Assembly (NCBI GenBank): GCA_002269645.1
Contig: NIVC01001659.1
Location: 1-64,000 of the forward strand
Direction of reading: 5' to 3'
DNA: 64,000 bases
Source: Macrostomum lignano
Taxonomy: Eukaryota
Every line of letters begins with the position of its first letter. Within the stretch, counting starts at the first letter, position 1. The notes beneath the pieces are model-generated. The model made no database searches and was not told the origin of the DNA. It worked only from the letters and a program-made list of their open reading frames with translations. A program made the translations under genes and the position numbers. This document shows, piece after piece, positions 10,951 through 23,800 of the stretch.

Positions 10951-12769
10951 CCAGTAAGTAAACAGTAAGAACAGTAAAAAGGATCACACCTGTAACAACT
11001 TTAGTGACAGCGGTAAAATCATTTGAAGGGACAGAAGTCACCCCTACAGCAACTTTGGTGGCAATAGTGGGATATTATTAATAGAGGCAGAAGTAAGCCC
11101 TACGTCAACTTTGGTGTCAGCGATTGAGATTCTTATAGGGAGCCAAAAGGCCTGTAACAATTACATAATAATATATTTTTAAATATAAAAATTTATATGT
11201 TATGCATTCCTAAATTTATATATTTTTTCTATGGCAAAACTTATAGGCCTCTGCTACTTGTATATCATAAAAATGGCAAAATATATATGCCAACTTTAAA
11301 AGAGTTCATTTATGAATTTTTTATTTACACTTAACCTTCTAGAGCCTAGGACCTTTGCAGAGCATAAAGCCTAAATTGCATGCCTAACACAATAAATTGG
11401 CTAGGATAAGCAAAGTGATAGCCATCTATGAATGCAGTATAAGCATTAGTAATGAGTGCTAGTAAACTTGTCAACTTTTTTGTCAACTGGCCTAGCTGTA
11501 TAGTAAATTTGTCAATTGGTAAATTCATCAACTAGTAAATTCCTCAACACAGTATGGTATGTACAGCTATCTCAGTGCACAGATAAAACAGAATAATAAA
11601 AACAATGAGCTGAGCCATGTTATTGTAATGCTGGTTTTTAGGCATAGGACATGTCAATTGTCAATTGTAACAATGCCTGCCTTTATTGTTGCCAGATAGG
11701 CAGATCGTCAATTGCTAGAATGTCTTTTTGCTAGATTGACTAGATAAGAGACAGCAGTGCATTGCAGCACCCAATAAGCTGCCATGTACAACATACTCAA
11801 ATATGAGATACAATAAAATTAAAAACAATGAAACCAATAATCTTCCATTTCAACAACTAGCTAGGGGACTGCAATTAATTGTTCCAGGATCCCAATCCTA
11901 ATCAATATTGATTTTTCAATCAAATTTTAATAAATGTGTTTAGCAAAAAATATTACTTAATCAACTTTTTATCCATATATAAATTAAAACCTTATTGTTT
12001 TTGCTTTGTTTGTATCTCTTACTTCTATACACTTCATTATATTGCATATCAGTTACACATTTTACAAACTGTGGTAAACAAATAAAAATTTGACAAGTTT
12101 ACCCAGAAAGGTAAAATTCCAAAGAACCTAGTATAATATTGCAGGCCTATAAAAAATTCAAAGAAAAGCATACATATTTGATAGTGTCAAATATACAGAA
12201 GTACAGTACTAAATCATTGATTAAAATTATTTATGTATAAAATTATCGATATATTGTTAGAAAAAAGTCTTCTTGCAAATAAAATAACACCAATGCTATT
12301 ATTATCTAAAAATTATAGAACAACCTTAATTAACATTCCTTATAGACATTGCAATTTTTTAATTATTGCCAAGTCATGAAAAAAACATTATTCTATATTC
12401 TTGTTATTTTATATTCTTATTAAACTGTGATACTTTCAAAGTATCTTTAAAGCATGACTATAAAAATCTTATTTCTTTATTCATCTTTAGCTAGGCCTAT
12501 TTTTTATACTTTTATTTATATTGTTTTTAGTTATTATAGTTGAAGCTTACATTAAAAAAGATAAGTTGAAATTTTTAATCCATTTGTTTTTTATTAGCAA
12601 TTTCAATTTTATTGTTTTTCCTATTTTTTAATTGCTATGCGAAATATTCTAGGCTTTAGTATGTATTATGAATATATAAAAATGCTGTAATATGGACTTT
12701 TTAATTTTGGTTCAAATACTGTCAAAATCAAATCTTTGCTTATAATCCCACTTATTGATCTTCATTGAT

Positions 12770-13229
12770 GCAGGGAATTAATTCCCCAGACACTCACAAT
12801 CGCTAACCAGCTGCAGCAGGGAATTAATTCCCCGGACACTCGCAATTGCTAACCAGCTGCAGCAGGGAATTAATTCCCTGGACACTCGCACTCGCTAACC
12901 AGCTGCAGCAGGGAATTAATTCCCTGGACACTCGCACTCGCTAACCAGCTGCAGCAGGGAATTAATTCCCCAGACACTCGCAATTGCTAACCAGCTGCAG
13001 CAGGGAATTAATTCCCCAGGCACTCGCAATCGCTAACCAGCTGCAGCAGGGAATTAATTCCCCAGACACTCGCAATCACTAACCAGCTGCAGCAGGGAAT
13101 TAATTCCCCAGACACTCGCACTCGCTAACCAGCTGCAGCAGGGAATTAATTCCCCAGACACTCGCAATCACTAACCAGCTGCAGCTGGGAATTAATTCCC
13201 CAGACACTCGCAATCGCTAACCAGCTGCA
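12770..13229. repeat. Minisatellite, 46 bp unit x ~10, abutting the RPA43-like start codon
   Basis: CAGGGAATTAATTCCCCAGACACTCGCAATCGCTAACCAGCTGCAG copies; the last copy runs ...CCAGCTGCA|ATG at 13230. Confidence 0.9.
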
Positions 13230-13886
13230 ATGCCGCCATCTCCCGCTAAGCCAAAGCGCAAGCGGCGCCGCTCAGCCGCTTCCACAACCGAGGAGGCTGA
13301 CTGGCCCAGCAGCCTGGCAACTGAGATGGAGAAGCCGCCGGCAGCTGCGCCAGCTGACGTAAAAGAAAAAGACGAAGGTGGCGAATGCTTTGAGCGGGTT
13401 CGCCGGGAGCTGACGATCCCGCTGCATCCCTGGCAGCTGGGCGGCGACGCCGGCGCCCTGGTGGCCGAGCAGCTCCGCTGCCGCCTGCACCGCCACGTGC
13501 CCAGCCTGGGCGGCATCCTGCACAGCGTAGACTCGCTGCGCCTCCTGGCCAGCGCTGATGCCGGCCGGCGCCGCCTGGCCGCCCCGCTGGTAGCCTGCGG
13601 CCCCAGCCTGGTGCAGTGCCCGGTGCGCCTCCGCCTGCACTGCCGCCTGTTCCGGCCGCGGCCCGGCCTCAGCCTGGCCTGCACAGTCACCGCCGTGCTG
13701 CCCGAGCTGCTGTCCTGCGTCTGCCACGGCGTCTACCAGGTCACCGTGGCCGTGCCGCCCGCCACCCCGACGCTGGCGCCAGGCGATCGAGTGTTGGCCA
13801 GGGTGGTCCGGGTTCGAACCCACAGCCGGCTGCAGGTCAGCGTGGAGGCGGAGTTCGTGGTCATCCTGCCGGACCGGGTGGACTGA
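13230..13886 (+). CDS. POLR1F: RNA polymerase I subunit RPA43-like (218 aa, single coding exon)
   Basis: CFERVRRELTIPLHPWQL...LGGILHSVDSLRLL...FRPRPGLSLACTVTAVLPELLSCVCHGVYQVTV matches the RPA43/Rpb7-like tip plus OB fold pattern (F-x-P-x-x-G-x-x-L...C-x-x-HG). GC-rich codons; AATAAA at 13938. Confidence 0.75.
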   Translation: MPPSPAKPKRKRRRSAASTTEEADWPSSLATEMEKPPAAAPADVKEKDEGGECFERVRRELTIPLHPWQLGGDAGALVAEQLRCRLHRHVPSLGGILHSVDSLRLLASADAGRRRLAAPLVACGPSLVQCPVRLRLHCRLFRPRPGLSLACTVTAVLPELLSCVCHGVYQVTVAVPPATPTLAPGDRVLARVVRVRTHSRLQVSVEAEFVVILPDRVD

Positions 13887-14594
13887 CAGAGCCTGGAAAC
13901 TCGCATTTTTGCATGCTTTGAACGTAAATGATAAATGAATAAAAGTACGCACTGTTCTTTCAATCGAGTATCGATGTTTGTCTTTTTTAATTATCTGCTG
14001 TCACTCCTACAGCTACAGCTAGCTATGCTGCTACAGCAGGATCAGCATTAACCCTTTAGCTTATCTTCATCGCTTTTACCCAGGATTCTGCTTTCTTCAC
14101 GTTGGTGACTACTACCCGATCGTGCAAAGAAATCAGATTGTTTTTTGAGATAATTTTGCGAATCATTCAACTTCTGGTTCTTTCCCATTCGCCTCAATAA
14201 TGTCCCGAATTCCCCCTGCGACTCCCACAATTCCCTCTGAAGCCGTTAAAACCGTTACCGGGACAAGAATCGCTAAATAGTCATTGCAAATCACTCACTG
14301 CTGGCCCTAGCGACTTTAAGGTGACTCTTGTGACTTTTTAACAACTCAAAGAGGGCTGTAATGCAACGGATTTGTAGAAGCTTATAAATAGTCCAAGAGT
14401 CCTCGTGTTGAGTGCTTAACTTTATACTCACTCAAGTAGACTAAATAGAGTGGTTATAAATGCGAAATGCGCTTTAGACGCAACTCAGTAATTCTACAGC
14501 GACTCTGGCACGTCTCAGATTCGACTCAGAGTCGATTCGGCCCCTGCGGCGCCTCCCAGCTCAAAGTCGCAGACAATAAAACGACTCAAAATGA

Positions 14595-15320
14595 CTCGAT
14601 TCCCCCAAACCCATCTGAAGAATCTCCTGCATTCCCCTTGTGATTCCCTCAATTCCTCTTGAAGAATCTCCTGCATTCCCCTTGTGATTCCCTCAATTCC
14701 TCTTGAAGAATCTCCTGCATTCCCCTTGTGATTCCCCCAATTCCTCCTGAAGAATCTCCTGCATTCCCCTTGTGATTCCCCCAATTCCTCCTGAAGAATC
14801 TCCTGCATTCCCCTTGTGATTCCCCAATTCCTCTTGAAGAATCTCCTGCATTCCCCTTGTGATTCCCCCAATTTCTCTTGAAGAATCTCCTGGATTCCCC
14901 TTGTGATTTCCCCCAATTCCTCTTGAAGAATCTCCTGGATTCCCCTTGTGATTTCCCCCAATTCCTCAAGAAGAATCTCCTGGATTCCCCTTGTGATTCC
15001 CCCAATTCCTCCTGAAGAATCTCCTGCATTCCCCTTGTGATTCCCCCAATTCCTCCTGAAGAATCTCCTGGATTCCCCTTGTGATTCCCCCAATTCCTCC
15101 TGAAGAATCTCCTGCATTCCCCTTGTGATTCCCCCAATTCCTCCTGAAGAATCTCCTGGATTCCCCTTGTGATTCCCCCAATTCCTCCTGAAGAATCTCC
15201 TGCATTCCCCTTGTGATTCCCCAATTCCTCCTGAAGAATCTCCTGCATTCCCCTTGTGATTCCCCAATTCCTCCTGAAGAATCTCCTGCATTCCCCTTGT
15301 GATTCCCTCAATTCCTGCTG
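14595..15320. repeat. Minisatellite, ~44 bp unit (GATTCCCCCAATTCCTCCTGAAGAATCTCCTGCATTCCCCTTGT)
   Basis: About 16 visible copies just upstream of the NEMP ATG. Confidence 0.9.
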
Positions 15321-15446
15321 AAAAATGGTGCTAACACGGGAGTTTTATCAGTCTGCTTTAGCCGGCAGCCCTGCAGATATTCCCTTTCTGTTATCCATTG
15401 TTCATGCAATCCTCTGGCATTCCCTAGCAACAAAAGTTCATCCAGC

Positions 15447-17990
15447 ATGAATTGGCGGTGCCCGAATCCGCTGCTGCTGCTGCTGCTGTCGCTGCTGCTT
15501 TTTCATCGCCTCGACGGCACTCTGGCGGCTCAGCGCGATAGGCCGCTGATCTTCCAACTTGGCAGCCAGCCAATCACCATCAGGCGCGACTCGGTCTCGC
15601 TGGCTGGCGATTGGACACAGCGGCTCTGCGTGTTCTGCTCGCCCGGCCTGCCCGCCCACCCGCGCTTCGCCTTCCACGGCGCCTCGCTGCGCATCTCGCT
15701 GGCGTCGTCCAATTCGGCGGCGCCGCGCCTCTTCCTCGGGACGAACGAGAGCGATGTTACTGACCGGGTGCGGCAGGCCTCGGAGGCCTCGCTGTTCCAC
15801 CGGCTGCTCCTGCCGGCCGCCTTCCGTGACGGATTTTTCTGGGAGCCGCTGATGGCCGCTCGGCAGGCTTTTCTCGGCCCGCTGGCGCTGCCGCTGCCGC
15901 TGCTGGAGCCGTCCTGCGCCGGCGTGCTGATCGAAGGCAAGGAGGAGCCGCCGAGGGCCATCGGTGCGTCCGCAGCAGGGCCTGCCGCCCATGGTGCTGG
16001 GGATCTTGGCTGCAGGGATGAACCTGGGAAATTGATCCCCAATCTAGGGATACTGATCCCCAATCTAGGGATACTGATCCCCAATCTAGGGATACTGATC
16101 CCCAATCTAGGGATACTGATCCCCAATCTAGGGATACTGATCCCCAATCTAGGGATATTGATCCCCAATCTAGGGATTTCGATCTATACGACTATAAACA
16201 GTAGATATGAATCACTAATTTGAGGATTATCGATACCAAATATATGAATTTTACGCCTGAACTACCCGTAGAGATGTTACTCGTATTCCCTATTCGGGGA
16301 TACTAATCCCAGTCAGGGGATATTCCTCAATCTCCCCAACCCGGCACCGCAGCAGAAGGCGACGCCGCCGTCTACACTGTGCGCGCCGTCGCCGGCCTCA
16401 GCCTCGCCCGCCTTGCCGCATTCGTCATCGGCTGCGGCCTGCTGGCCTGGGCGCCCGAACTCAGCCGCCGGGCCACCTTCCACTACGCTGGCGGCGCCAT
16501 GGCCGGCGTCCTGCTGTCTGCGGCGCTCCTGGTGCTGCTGCTCAACCGCCTGCTGCCGCTGCGCCGCCTCTTTTGGCCGCTCTTCCTGGCCAGCGCTGCC
16601 GGCGCCGGCGCCATCTGGACTTTCGCCGCCGCGCACGCCGCCGAACTCGCCGAGCGGCACTGGACGACTCTGTCTGCCTACCTGGCCTGCTCTGCCGGCC
16701 TCTCCGTGGTCATCTGCTACTGGCTGGGGCCCGTCACCAGCCAGCGGACTTTCCGCCTGCTGGAGATCGCGCTGAGGGCCCTGGCGCTCCTCTGCATGCT
16801 GGCCTCCTGTCAGGTATGACCTCTGTCCGATTCCCACTACTGATCCCCTTCCACCTGCCTGATCCCCTTCCACCTGTCTGATCCCCTTCCACCTGCCTGA
16901 TCCCCTTCCACTTGCCTGATCCCCTTCCACCTGTCTGATCCCCTTCCACCTGTCTGATCCCCTTCCACCTGCCTGATCCCCTTCCACCTGCCTGATCCCC
17001 TTCCACCTGCTCGATTTCCGTTCTGACGCTTATCAGCTCCCCTCCGCCCTCAGTTCTGGCAGGTATCGGGGGTGGCAGCGGTGGCAATCCTGTTGCGCGG
17101 CTTCTTGACATCCGCCGTGTCGGCCGTCGCGAAGGTCTCGATGTTACGCCTGCGCTGGGCGCTGTGGCAGCGCCTAGAGTCGGCCTTCTGGCGCTGCTGC
17201 CCCCGCTGGTTGCGACCGCTGCACCGGCGGCGCTGGCTGACCGAGGAAGACTTCAGCAGGCAGGGCCGCGAGTGCACTGAGGTGGCGCTGGAGCAGCTGC
17301 GGCGGCACTGCGCCAGCCCCGACTGCGACGCCTGGCGGGTCAGCGCGCGCCTGCGGGACCCGGCCGGGTTCGCCCAGTTTGTGCAGGTGAGTGCTGTCAC
17401 TGCTGTGCCAATGAGGCCTGTGCACCTCCTCACACATGGATACGGCAGGCAAGCAGGCACGAGTATAAGTATAAAATCAATACTCGCAGAACAGCTGTGG
17501 GCACCGCGGAGCTACGGTGAGGCCATTCTGCGCTTCCGCATGCGCATTCCGAGCACATACAGGCACGCCAATACTGTACAGAGGCATGCACTCATACACA
17601 CGACAGCCCCACATAAATGTAGCTGCGCACGGAATTGAACCAGGGGCCTTTGCGCAAGAGTCTGACGCAGTTACCGCTGCGGATGCTCTGCCAAGTATTG
17701 CGGAGCTCACAGCTCAAACACCCGGCGCACTTCAGGGCGGCAGCCACCTGCAGTCGCTGCTGGACTCCACGGACCTGTCTTCGGACAGCGACAGTTCGAC
17801 CGTGGCCCCCGCCGCCACCACCTCTTCGCCGGCTCCCAACGGATGGAAGGCCACGCCCGGTTCGACGCGCGCCCCCGCAGTGAACGGCAACGGATGTGCA
17901 CGAGGCGCCCGCATGGCGCCGTCCGCGACTCAGATTCGGCAGAGGCGGCCAGTTCTGGACGACTCGGACGACGGCTCCCTCACTGACTGA
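15447..17990 (+). CDS. NEMP1: Nuclear envelope integral membrane protein (NEMP/TMEM194 family), 4 exons
   Basis: Exons 15447-15963, 16353-16813, 17054(or 17063)-17386 and 17736-17990, all GT-AG and phase-consistent. Signal peptide; TM block LSRRATFHYAGG...VICYWLGPVTSQRTFRLL; conserved RRWLTEEDFSRQGRECTEVALEQLRRHCASPDCDAWRVSARLRDPAGFAQFV|GGSHL. Confidence 0.9.
16030..16175. repeat. 21-bp minisatellite in NEMP intron 1 (GATCCCCAATCTAGGGATACT x ~7)
   Basis: Directly visible. Confidence 0.9.
16840..17010. repeat. 19-bp minisatellite in NEMP intron 2 (CTGATCCCCTTCCACCTGC)
   Basis: Directly visible. Confidence 0.9.
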
Positions 17991-18592
17991 GCTGGGGTGT
18001 CCGGTGGCTCCCTCACTGACTGAGCTGGGATGTCCGGTGGCTCTCTCACTGACTGAGCTGGGGTGTCCGGTGGCTCCCTCACTGATTGAGCTGGGGTGTC
18101 CGATGGCTCCCTCACTGACTGAGCTGAGGTGTCCGATGGCTCCCTCACTGACTGAGCTGAGGTGTCCGATGGCTCCCTCACTGACTGAGCTGGGATGTCC
18201 GGTGGCTCCCTCACTGACTGAGCTGGGGTGTCCCATGGCTCCCTCACTGACTGAGCTGAGGTGTCCGGTGGCTCCCTCACTGACTGAGCTGGGATGTCCG
18301 GTGGCTCCCTCACTGACTGAGCTGGGATGTCCGGTGGCTCCCTCACTGACTGAGCTGGGATGTCCGGTGGCTCCCTCACTGACTGAGCTGGGGTGTCCGG
18401 TGGCTCCCTCACTGACTGAGCTGGGATGTCCGGTGGCTCCCTCACTGACTGAGCTGAGGTGTCCGGTGGCTCCCTCACTGATTGAGCTGGGGTGTCCGAT
18501 GGCTCCCTCACTGACTGAGCTGAGGTGTCCGGTGGCTCCCTCACTGACTGAGCTGGGATGTCCGGTGGCTCCCTCACTGACTGAGCTGGGAT
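17973..18592. repeat. 33-bp minisatellite whose first unit contains the last codons and stop codon of NEMP
   Basis: GGCTCCCTCACTGACTGAGCTGGGGTGTCCGGT x ~19; the first unit reads GSLTD*. Confidence 0.9.
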
Positions 18593-19060
18593 TTCCTATT
18601 TCTATTTCGCAAATTTGCACATTTTCTCTTCCGCCCAGAATACAGCAGTTTAGTGTTGTGCACTCGGCACTTGAGCGAAGTTGCTTGTATTCTAATCTCT
18701 TGTTTATTTTGGCAATTATCAATTTTCTATTACCGTAACTTTTGCATTCAGTCAGTATAGATGAGTGCTAATGTTCTGACTACTTTTGCATTTCTCTCAT
18801 GTACAAATGATTTGATATTGGCCAGGGTCCCAGTGAGCCAGCTGTTTGGTTGTGACCTACATGTACTTGCATGGCTTTATTGAACGAACACAGTTAAAAG
18901 CAAGGACTTCATCTTGCTTGATGTTTGATCGTTAAGGAGAAAATACAGCGGGCACAGTGCAATAGCCGTTCTATTTTTCTATAAATGTGCGTGGCTTATC
19001 AAATTTGCTGGTCTGCTACTCAAAACTGATGAAATTAATCACGAAAAACGTTTCCCAACA

Positions 19061-19857
19061 AGGGGCGTAGCCAGGTTTTTGATTGTCGTGTTGTCATCTT
19101 GTGGCGACATCCAGGGGTGACATCCGGGGGTGACATCCTGGGGCGACATCCTGGGGCGACATCCTGGGGCCGCCATTTTGGGGTGACATCCTGGGGTCGC
19201 CATTTTGGGGTGACATCCTGGGGCCGCCATTTTGGGGTGACATCCTGGGGCCGCCATTTTGGGGTGACATCCTGGGGCGACATCCTGGGGCCGCCATTTT
19301 GGGGTGACATCCTGGGGCCGCCATTTTGGGGTGACATCCTGGGGCGACATCCTGGGGCCGCCATTTTGGGGTGACATCCTGGGGCCGCCATTTTGGGGTG
19401 ACATCCTTGGGCCGCCATTTTGGGGTGACATCCTGGGGCCGCCATTTTGGGGTGACATCCTGGGGCCGCCATTTTGGGGTGACATCCTGGGGTAACATCC
19501 TGAGGTGACATCCTGGGGTAGTGACATCCCGGGGTAACATCCTGGGGTAGTACATCCTGGGCTGACATCCTGGTGTAGTACATCTTGGATGACATCCTGG
19601 GGTGACGGCATCCTGGATTGGCATTCTATGGGTACATCTTTCGGGTGAAATCTTGGCGTGACATCCTAGGTTAGTACATCTTGGGGTGACATCTTAGAGT
19701 GACATCCTGGGGTGACATCGTAAGACACACTATCGTAGGGTCGCTAGCAGCTTATTGGGGAACTGCTAAGATTGCGATCAAGGGGGCTGAACCTGCTGTG
19801 CAGGAATTGCCAAATGAGCGGGCTGGCGCGCCAGTTTTTGCCCCCCTGGCTACACCT
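19061..19857. mobile_element. MITE-like element with an internal GGGGTGACATCCTGGGGCCGCCATTTT tandem array
   Basis: Left end AGGGGCGTAGCCAGG and right end CCTGGCTACACCT form an imperfect inverted repeat; the internal array spans ~19100-19720. Confidence 0.6.
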
Positions 19858-20514
19858 AGCGTGGTAACTGCGGAGGTTCCAGAGTAAAATGTGATGCTGG
19901 GGATGCATGTAAAACTGTAAAAGCCACTAGAATAAACACGCACGCTGACTAGCCTCACGACACTTAAAGCTTTGCTCAAGAAGAGCGATGCGCTTTGTAA
20001 AAGCAGTAGCAGCAACGCAGAACTGTTTTTGCATTTTATCAGTTATGCTGAAAACGAGTCAGCCGGTGCGATATGCCACAGAATGGGAGAGAAATGGCGA
20101 TAAAACAGCTGTAAAATAATACATTAAAAACTTTCTATCGAGTCTACTGCTCTGAGTTATGCAGTAGTATGGTCAGTATTCGCATTGCCAGAATTCAAAA
20201 ATAATGCAATAACAAATCTAAAAGGACAAAAAATCTCTAAACTTGTGTACGCGGTTAAAAATGTGTACGGGAGTGGCGATACAGTAAATAATAAAGCACA
20301 AAAATCAAAGCAGGGTGAAACTCCAATAACAGTGTGAATATGGGAAAATGGTTTGTATCGACAGAACGGGCGAAGCCAAAGCAGAATTGGATTCGCTGCC
20401 CACTTGATCAGATAATAAAGATTTATAAACGAGGTTACAGCAAATTGTTTAAGCAATAGGACTAGATAATTGTATACGTCGTAGAGTAGCCATCAGTTCA
20501 ATATCACAGCTCAA

Positions 20515-20825
20515 TCAACCGCTATCCCAGCTGTACCAACCGCTATCCAAGCTCAATTCACTGCTATTCCAGCTGTATCAACCGCTATCCCACCCAATAA
20601 ACCGCTATCTCAGCTGCACCAACCGCTATCCAAGCTCAATTAACTGCTATTCCAGCTGAATCAACCGCTATCCCACCTCAATAAACCGCTATCCCAGCTG
20701 TATCAACCGCTATCCAAGCTCAATTAACTGCTATTCCAGCTGTATCAACCGCTGTCCAAGCTCAATTAACTGCTATTCCAGCTGTATCAACTGCTATCCA
20801 AACTCAATCAACCGCTATCCCAGCT
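20515..20825. repeat. Degenerate ~21-bp repeat (AACCGCTATCCCAGCTGTATC) in the INPP5A-like 3' UTR region
   Basis: Directly visible. Confidence 0.8.
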
Positions 20826-20846
20826 CGATTGAGATCAGATGTGCCG

Positions 20847-23800
20847 TCACACCGCAGTCTCCCTGAACACGCAGATCGTGGTGCCGTCCCGACGCACGTG
20901 GGCGTACACCGCCCCGTTGCGGTCAGTCAGCTTCACCTGTACGCCCGGCTGGTCGAGCAGCCTGCTGAGCAGCGGCGGGGAGGGCATGTCGGCGGGGTCC
21001 AGGATGCAGCCGGCGGCATCGGCTGTTGGGGAGGGGGAGGCAGGCGGTTTGTCTGAGAAATTGGCATCTAGTTGAACACTGGCACTAAGAATGTCGCTGA
21101 AGGCTAGCAGTCACATTCGCATGGGAGTTAAGATAACAGGAAGAATACTCTTCGAGGAAGAGAGACAGGAGGAGCGAGAGAGGAGACAGGCGAGGGAGGG
21201 GGAGACAGGCAGTGAGGGGGGAGACAGGCAGTGAAGGGGAGGAGACAGGCAGTGAGGGGAGGAGACAGGCAGTGAGGGGAGGAGACAGGCAGTGAGGGGA
21301 GGAGACAGGCAGTGAGGGGAGGAGACAGGCAGTGAGGGGAGGAGACAGGCAGTGAGGGGAGGAGACAGGCAGTGAGGGGAGGAGACAGGCAGTGAGGGGG
21401 AGGAGACAGGCAGGGGAGGGGAAGGAGACAGGCGGTGAGGGGGAGGAGACAGGCAGGGGAGGGGGAGGAGACAGGCAGGGGAGGGGGAGGAGACAGGTGG
21501 GGAAGGGAGAAGAGACAGACAGGGTTGAATAAAGTCAGCAATAATTTATGATTAAAATGCAAGACAGTCAAAATCCAATAAAAGTACAATTTTAGCAGCA
21601 GTGAAAGCCCGCATGAGTCTGTTTGCCGGGCACAGTGCAAACACTGGTTGGATTGCTAGAATGTGACCAAGTGAAAGTGACTTATGGTGTGCGAACTCGA
21701 GAAAAACTTAAAGAAAACAATTGAGGAAAACAGAAGAGGAGAGAAGCAAAGTACAGATTAGGGCGGGAGTAAATTGGGAGGCAGAAAAAGCAAAAACCTA
21801 CTTGGTCACAGCTCACTGCGGCTTTCTTCTGAAAGAGAAGGTCATAAATCAATGTTTAGTCATCTGTTTAGGCAATGCGGACTAAGGCTTTGGGAAGCAA
21901 TTGGCAGCACACTCAATGCTGAGAAAAGTACAGATGCACGATAGGTGCACCAAAACACCAGTCTAGTGCGTGCTACTGGTTCATTAATTGCTCCTCCTGA
22001 CCTCCAGACTTAGGCTATACTGGTCGGTTCTAGAATTTTTAAAGTACTCAGTCTACAAGTAATACATGTACCAGCCACAGGTGTACCAGCTACAGGTGTA
22101 CCAGCTACAAGTGCACCAGCTACAGGTGTACCAGCTACAGGTGTACCAGCTACAGGTGTACCAGCTACAGGTGTACCAGCTACAGGTGTACCAGCTACAA
22201 GTGCACCAGCTACAGGTGTACCAGCTACAGGTGTACCAGCTACAGGTGTACCAGCTACAGGTGTACCAGCTACAGGTGTACCAGCTACAGGTGTACCAGC
22301 TACAATTGCACCAGCTACAGGTGTACCAGCTACAGGTGTACCAGCTACAGGTGTATCAGCTACAGGTGTACCAGCTACAGGTACCAGCTACAGGTGCACC
22401 AGCTACAGGTGTACCAGCTACAGGTGCACCAGCTACAGGTGCACCAGCTAGAGGTGCACCAGCCACAGGTGCACTAGCTACAGGTGCACCAGCTAGAGGT
22501 GCACCAGCCACAGGTGCACTAGCTACAGGTGCACCAGCTACAGGTGTACCAGCTACAGGTGTACCAGCTACAGGTGTATCAGCTACAGGTGTACCAGCTA
22601 CAGGTACCAGCTACAGGTGTACCAGCTACAGGTGTACCAGCTAGAAGTGCACCAGCTACAGGTGTACCAGCTACAGGTGTACCAGCTACAGATGTATCAG
22701 CTACAGGTGTACCAGCTACAGGTACCAGCTACAGGTGCACCAGCTACAGGGGTACCAGCTACAGGTGCACCAGCTACAGGTGCACCAGCTACAGGTGCAC
22801 CAGCTACAGGTGTACAAAAACAGCCTGGTGGACCATCGGAACCCCAACTTTGCTGGTCCCTACCTTCGGCATCTGCCGCGGTGCACAGCAGGGTGGAGAG
22901 GAACACGGGCTTGTGGTCGCCCAGGCAGTCGTCCAGGCCGAGGACGGCGTACTGAGTCGGCTGGTCAGGCGGGCACAGCAGGGCGCGCCGGGCGGAGTGG
23001 CTGCAGAGCACGCGGTCGCACCAGCCGGGCAGGCGGGTGGCCATGTAGCCGGTGGCCGCGCCCGGCGCCTGGCAGTCCTCGCTGAACGGGTAGGTCGGCG
23101 GGAAGGTCACGGGGAACTCAAACAGGTGCTGGTCGAACGATTTCAGCTCGAAGTCGAGTTCGTTTAGCTGCGATGGGGGCGGCAGTGAGGTATGCGGGGA
23201 GCTGCGGCCATGCAGTGATGTAAGTGCTTCAGCCACACATCAGTCACACATCATTATCACATCAGTCACACATCATTATCACATCAGTCACACATCATTA
23301 TCACACCATTCGCACATCATTATCACATCAGTCACACATCGTTATCACATAATTTATATTATCATCATTCATCATCTCATCATCTGATTCATCATTATCA
23401 CACCATTCGCACATAATTACCACATCAGTCACACATCATTATCACATCAGTCACACATAATTATCACATCAGTCGCACATCATTATCACATCAGTCGCAC
23501 ATCATTATCACATCAGTCACACATCATTAACACATCAGTCACACATCATTATCACATCAGTCGCACATCATTAACACATAATTCACACATCAGTCCCACA
23601 CCATTCGCACATCATGCACACAGCGCAGCCTCACCCAGCAGTTCTTGTTCTCATAGAACTCATTAGCGCCGTTGTCCGAGCGCCGCTCGAACAGCTTCTT
23701 GCCGACCGACAGCAGGCAGCCGCCGTTCTCGCCGTCACCGGCGGCCAGGAAGTCGACGCGGCTCGGCCGGCCGCTCTTGTCAGACTGCTCCCGCCGCTCG

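Noticed and set aside
10350-11150. Possible solo LTR (TATAAATA, AATAAA, short tandem repeats)
   Set aside because: No TG...CA boundaries with TSD, PBS or PPT could be identified.
12770-15320. Regular repeat arrays as possible CRISPR arrays
   Set aside because: Units are contiguous with no unique spacers, there are no cas genes, and the context is eukaryotic. The same applies to all arrays in the window.
16350-16356. NAGNAG acceptor (CAGCAG) at NEMP exon 2
   Set aside because: A common feature that changes one residue at most.
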